Positions 61,444 through 64,000 of a stretch of DNA of 64,000 nt are shown here, piece by piece. Source of the DNA: an uncultured Actinomycetota bacterium (GTDB lineage: Bacteria; Actinomycetota; Actinomycetes; UBA12327); contig CAWKKI010000004.1 of the NCBI GenBank assembly GCA_963850215.1, forward strand, positions 72,682-136,681, in the 5' to 3' direction. A model generated the notes under the pieces. That model worked only from the letters and a program-made list of their open reading frames with translations. It had not been told where the DNA came from and searched no databases. The first letter of the stretch is position 1. Every line of letters begins with the position of its first letter. Position numbers and translations under genes: made by a program.

Positions 61444-62556
61444 TCAGGCCAGTGCCGCTTCGATCTCCCGCATCGGGCGGGTGTCGTCCCACTCCTTGAT
61501 GTTGTGCAACGGCCGCGCGCCTGCATACGGACCCATCCGAACGATCACGGTGTCGAGCGATCGCGACACCCAGGTGCGCTGACCGCCGTAACCGGCCAAG
61601 TACACGAGATCACCGCCCGGTCGTTCAAGACCGCCGCGGGTGCCCGCCTCGATGCCTGGGCCGGGATAGCCAGGTGAGTCCAGCCACGTGAACAGGCCGT
61701 AGTTGCGCGTCTCCGCAACACTCGGCGTCAGCATCTGATCGACCCAGGCGGCCGGAAGCACCTGAACGTCACCGAAGCGACCGCCGTCGCGCAGCAGCAT
61801 CCCAAGTCGGATCCACGTATCCGGTGTCGCGATCAGGCAGCACTCCGTGTGCGGCCGACGGGTCTGCTCATCGGACAGCCACACATGCGCCTCACGCACA
61901 CCCAGCGGCTCGATCAGCACCTCGTTGAGAAACTGCGCATACGACATGCCGCTCGCGCCCTCGATCGCCATACCGAGAAGCGCCGCATTCACATCGTTGT
62001 ACTCGAACTTGCTTCCAGGCTCCCCGACAGCGGCAGCCGAGAGCACCACGGAACGACTGTCTGACGCGAAGAGCATCCGCCAGAACGCAGAGGTCGGGGA
62101 CGGGCTTATCTTGAACCGCTGCAGTCCCGACCTCATGCTCATGAGCTGCAGCAACGTGATGGCACCGCGCGGGTCATGTGCCCACTCCGGCACGTAGGCA
62201 CCCACGCGATCGGCAGGCGAGCCGATCAGGCCTCGTTCGATCGCCGCGCCAATGAGCATGGCCTGCACGGTCTTGTGCATCGACTGCGACTGCATGAAGG
62301 TGTCCGCGGTCCGCGATTCGTCGTACCAAGACCGCACCACATTGGGACCGTGAGCGACCACGACAGCCTGAGTCCGGAAGCGAGCCAGATACTCAACGAT
62401 CTGGTCCAGCGCACCATCGAGTGCCGCATCACTCCCCACGGGCAGCGCAAACGGCTGAGAGGAAGCAACCGCATCAAACGGTTCGTACCACTCAGGTGGG
62501 AGGTTGCCGCCTGAGGGAATCTGCGAGAAAAAGCGCTTCGCCAGCCGAGAGTCCAC
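61444..62556 (-). CDS. beta-lactamase-family serine hydrolase
   Basis: ORF track 61444..63219, trimmed to GTG 62556, because the upstream 221 codons lie antisense to the type III PKS gene. It has an SxxK motif in QSQSMHKTV, and a YND segment (FEYNDVNAALLG). Confidence 0.7.
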   Translation of the reverse strand: MDSRLAKRFFSQIPSGGNLPPEWYEPFDAVASSQPFALPVGSDAALDGALDQIVEYLARFRTQAVVVAHGPNVVRSWYDESRTADTFMQSQSMHKTVQAMLIGAAIERGLIGSPADRVGAYVPEWAHDPRGAITLLQLMSMRSGLQRFKISPSPTSAFWRMLFASDSRSVVLSAAAVGEPGSKFEYNDVNAALLGMAIEGASGMSYAQFLNEVLIEPLGVREAHVWLSDEQTRRPHTECCLIATPDTWIRLGMLLRDGGRFGDVQVLPAAWVDQMLTPSVAETRNYGLFTWLDSPGYPGPGIEAGTRGGLERPGGDLVYLAGYGGQRTWVSRSLDTVIVRMGPYAGARPLHNIKEWDDTRPMREIEAALA

Positions 62557-62565
62557 GGGCCCATC

Positions 62566-63681
62566 ATGTCCTTTGGTCTGGCGGTTCGGCCGGGCGCGCC
62601 TAGTATCCGAAACGTGGCGCACATCGCCGCGGCGCGGGGCGTGGTGGCGCCGCACCGTTATCGGCAACGCGAAATCACTGAGGCATTCGCACGCCTCGTG
62701 ACGCACGACAGCGCACATCGGGTGATCTTGGAGCGGCTGCACGCTAATGCGGGTGTGGAGACCCGCTACCTCGCGCTGCCCCTCGAGCGTTACCCCGACC
62801 TCAGCGGCTTCGGCGAGGCCAATGACGTCTTTATCGCAACCGCACTCGACCTCGGCGCAGCAGCGATCACCGGCGCACTGGATTCGTGCGGTCTGGCGCC
62901 ACGCGACGTTGACCTCCTGGTGAGCACATCGGTCACGGGGATCGCGACGCCCTCGATCGATGCTCGACTGGTCGAACGAATCGGGCTGCGCTGCGACCTC
63001 AAACGCATCCCGATCTTCGGGCTCGGCTGTGTGGCCGGCGCGAGCGGCATCGCGCGCGTCCATGACTACCTGCTTGGGCACCCTGACGATGTCGCGGTGC
63101 TGCTCTCGGTCGAACTGTGCTCGCTGACCATTCAGCCCGACGACGACTCGATGCCCAACCTGGTCTCGAGCGCGCTCTTCGGGGACGGTGGCTCGGCCGT
63201 GGTGATGGTCGGCGCTCAACGGGCCGAGAGGATGGGGCTGACCGGTCCTCGAGTGCGCGCCAGCACATCCCGCATCTATCCCGACTCCGAGCGCGTGATG
63301 GGGTGGGACATCACCGGCTCTGGTTTCCGGATCGTGCTGTCGTCGAGCGTGGCTGAGATCGTTGAGCAGTATCTGGCCGAGGACGTTGAAGGGTTCCTAG
63401 AACCGTTCGGCCTGAAGGCAGGCGACATCGAAACCTGGGTCTGCCATCCAGGTGGCCCCAAGGTGCTTGATGCGGTCGAGCGCTCGCTCGCGCTCTCCCC
63501 TGATGCACTTGCACTGAGCAGGCGCTCACTCGCAGCGGTCGGCAACCTGTCGTCGTCTTCGGTGTTGCATGTGCTCGCCGCGACCCTCGACCGCGAGCCG
63601 CAGCCCGCCGCGGAGTCGCCCGGGATGCTCATGGCGATGGGCCCGGGGTTCTGCAGCGAGCTCGTGCTGCTCGAGTGGTGA
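62566..63681 (+). CDS. type III polyketide synthase (chalcone/stilbene synthase family)
   Basis: ORF track, 371 aa (alternative GTG at 62614). Active-site Cys is in FGLGCVAGASG, with His in WVCHPGGPKVLD and Asn in AVGNLSSSSVLHVL. Confidence 0.9.
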   Translation: MSFGLAVRPGAPSIRNVAHIAAARGVVAPHRYRQREITEAFARLVTHDSAHRVILERLHANAGVETRYLALPLERYPDLSGFGEANDVFIATALDLGAAAITGALDSCGLAPRDVDLLVSTSVTGIATPSIDARLVERIGLRCDLKRIPIFGLGCVAGASGIARVHDYLLGHPDDVAVLLSVELCSLTIQPDDDSMPNLVSSALFGDGGSAVVMVGAQRAERMGLTGPRVRASTSRIYPDSERVMGWDITGSGFRIVLSSSVAEIVEQYLAEDVEGFLEPFGLKAGDIETWVCHPGGPKVLDAVERSLALSPDALALSRRSLAAVGNLSSSSVLHVLAATLDREPQPAAESPGMLMAMGPGFCSELVLLEW

Positions 63682-63691
63682 GGTCGCGCAG

Positions 63692-64000
63692 ATGACCTGG
63701 TACGCGCTGCTCATCGCAGCAGTAGCAGTCGAGCGACTGATCGAACTGGTGGTGTCGACGCGCAACGCGCGTTGGGCCTTCGCGCACGGTGGAGTCGAGT
63801 ACGGACGCGGCCACTACCCCTTCATGGTCGTGCTCCACATCGGTCTGCTGGTGGGTGCGCTGGTCGAGGTCGACGTGGCGAATCGACCGTTCATCCCCGC
63901 TCTCGGCTGGCCGATGTTGGCGCTCGTGCTGGCGGCACAAGGACTGCGGTGGTGGTGCATCGCGACTCTCGGTCATCGTTGGAACACCCGAGTGATCGTG
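63692..64000 (+). CDS. isoprenylcysteine carboxyl methyltransferase (ICMT)-family membrane methyltransferase, partial (3' end beyond the window)
   Basis: Hand-translated from ATG 63692, 10 nt after the PKS stop: MTWYALLIAAVAVERLIELVVSTRNARWAFAHGGVEYGRGHYPFMVVLHIGLL..LRWWCIATLGHRWNTRVIV. This is the typical partner gene of bacterial type III PKSs (SrsB-like). It is absent from the ORF track because no stop lies within the window. Confidence 0.75.
   Translation, partial: MTWYALLIAAVAVERLIELVVSTRNARWAFAHGGVEYGRGHYPFMVVLHIGLLVGALVEVDVANRPFIPALGWPMLALVLAAQGLRWWCIATLGHRWNTRVIV

Noticed and set aside
62557-63219. N-terminal 221 codons of ORF 61444..63219
   Set aside because: They lie antisense to the well-supported type III PKS gene. 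The serine-hydrolase homology (SxxK) begins downstream of GTG 62556.
1-64000. CRISPR arrays
   Set aside because: I found no series of regularly spaced short direct repeats. The only repeats are the IS-end-like motifs, the 85-nt pair and short operator-like repeats.

Overview
High-GC, actinobacterial-type sequence, annotated by eye from the ORF track and the raw bases. All family names are motif recognition from memory, because no searches were run. The window has two parts.

(1) Positions ~1-50.6 kb form an accessory region rich in conflict systems and ending at a tRNA-Ala(CGC) gene. It contains:
- a DUF3892 / RNase H-like / small-protein operon;
- a tightly packed minus-strand array of a beta-grasp Ubl, an E2-like protein, a JAMM-E1 fusion, a large PD-(D/E)XK protein, a chimeric RHS-tip protein and a membrane protein, with a divergent HTH + ImmA/IrrE (CapH/CapP-like) pair;
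- IS remnants and a family of IS-end-like repeats;
- an intact 2233-aa RHS/YD polymorphic toxin with a small TM immunity candidate;
- a second, multiply frameshifted RHS gene, preceded by an unannotated 43-aa secreted-peptide ORF and a divergent HTH-TPR regulator;
- a split DyP peroxidase;
- a defence cluster: an anti-phage-type dCTP deaminase, a DUF4062 protein, two paralogues of an unrecognised family (one paired with a DUF43-like NPPW transferase), and an ImmA + PIN-like pair;
- a second, degraded Ubl / E1-like / DUF6527 locus, again with a divergent HTH + ImmA pair;
- a conjugative/integrative module: MT-A70 methylase, coupling-protein-like ATPase, replication-relaxation protein, RHH protein and a large serine recombinase abutting the tRNA.

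(2) Positions 50.7-64 kb are conserved actinobacterial core genes (SepX/GlpR-like, GNAT, moeA/glp, galU, 5-FCL, FmdB, SAF, mscL), followed by VOC, TetR, nitrilase-family, UbiD, serine hydrolase, and a type III PKS with an ICMT-family methyltransferase.

Several genes carry single-nucleotide frameshifts. These could be real decay or assembly indels.

The strongest candidates for undescribed biology are the Ubl-E2-JAMM/E1 + nuclease array (4.8-9.5 kb), the paralogue/transferase/ImmA-PIN locus (34.3-38.3 kb), and the peptide + HTH-TPR pair in front of the RHS pseudogene (24.9-26.8 kb).
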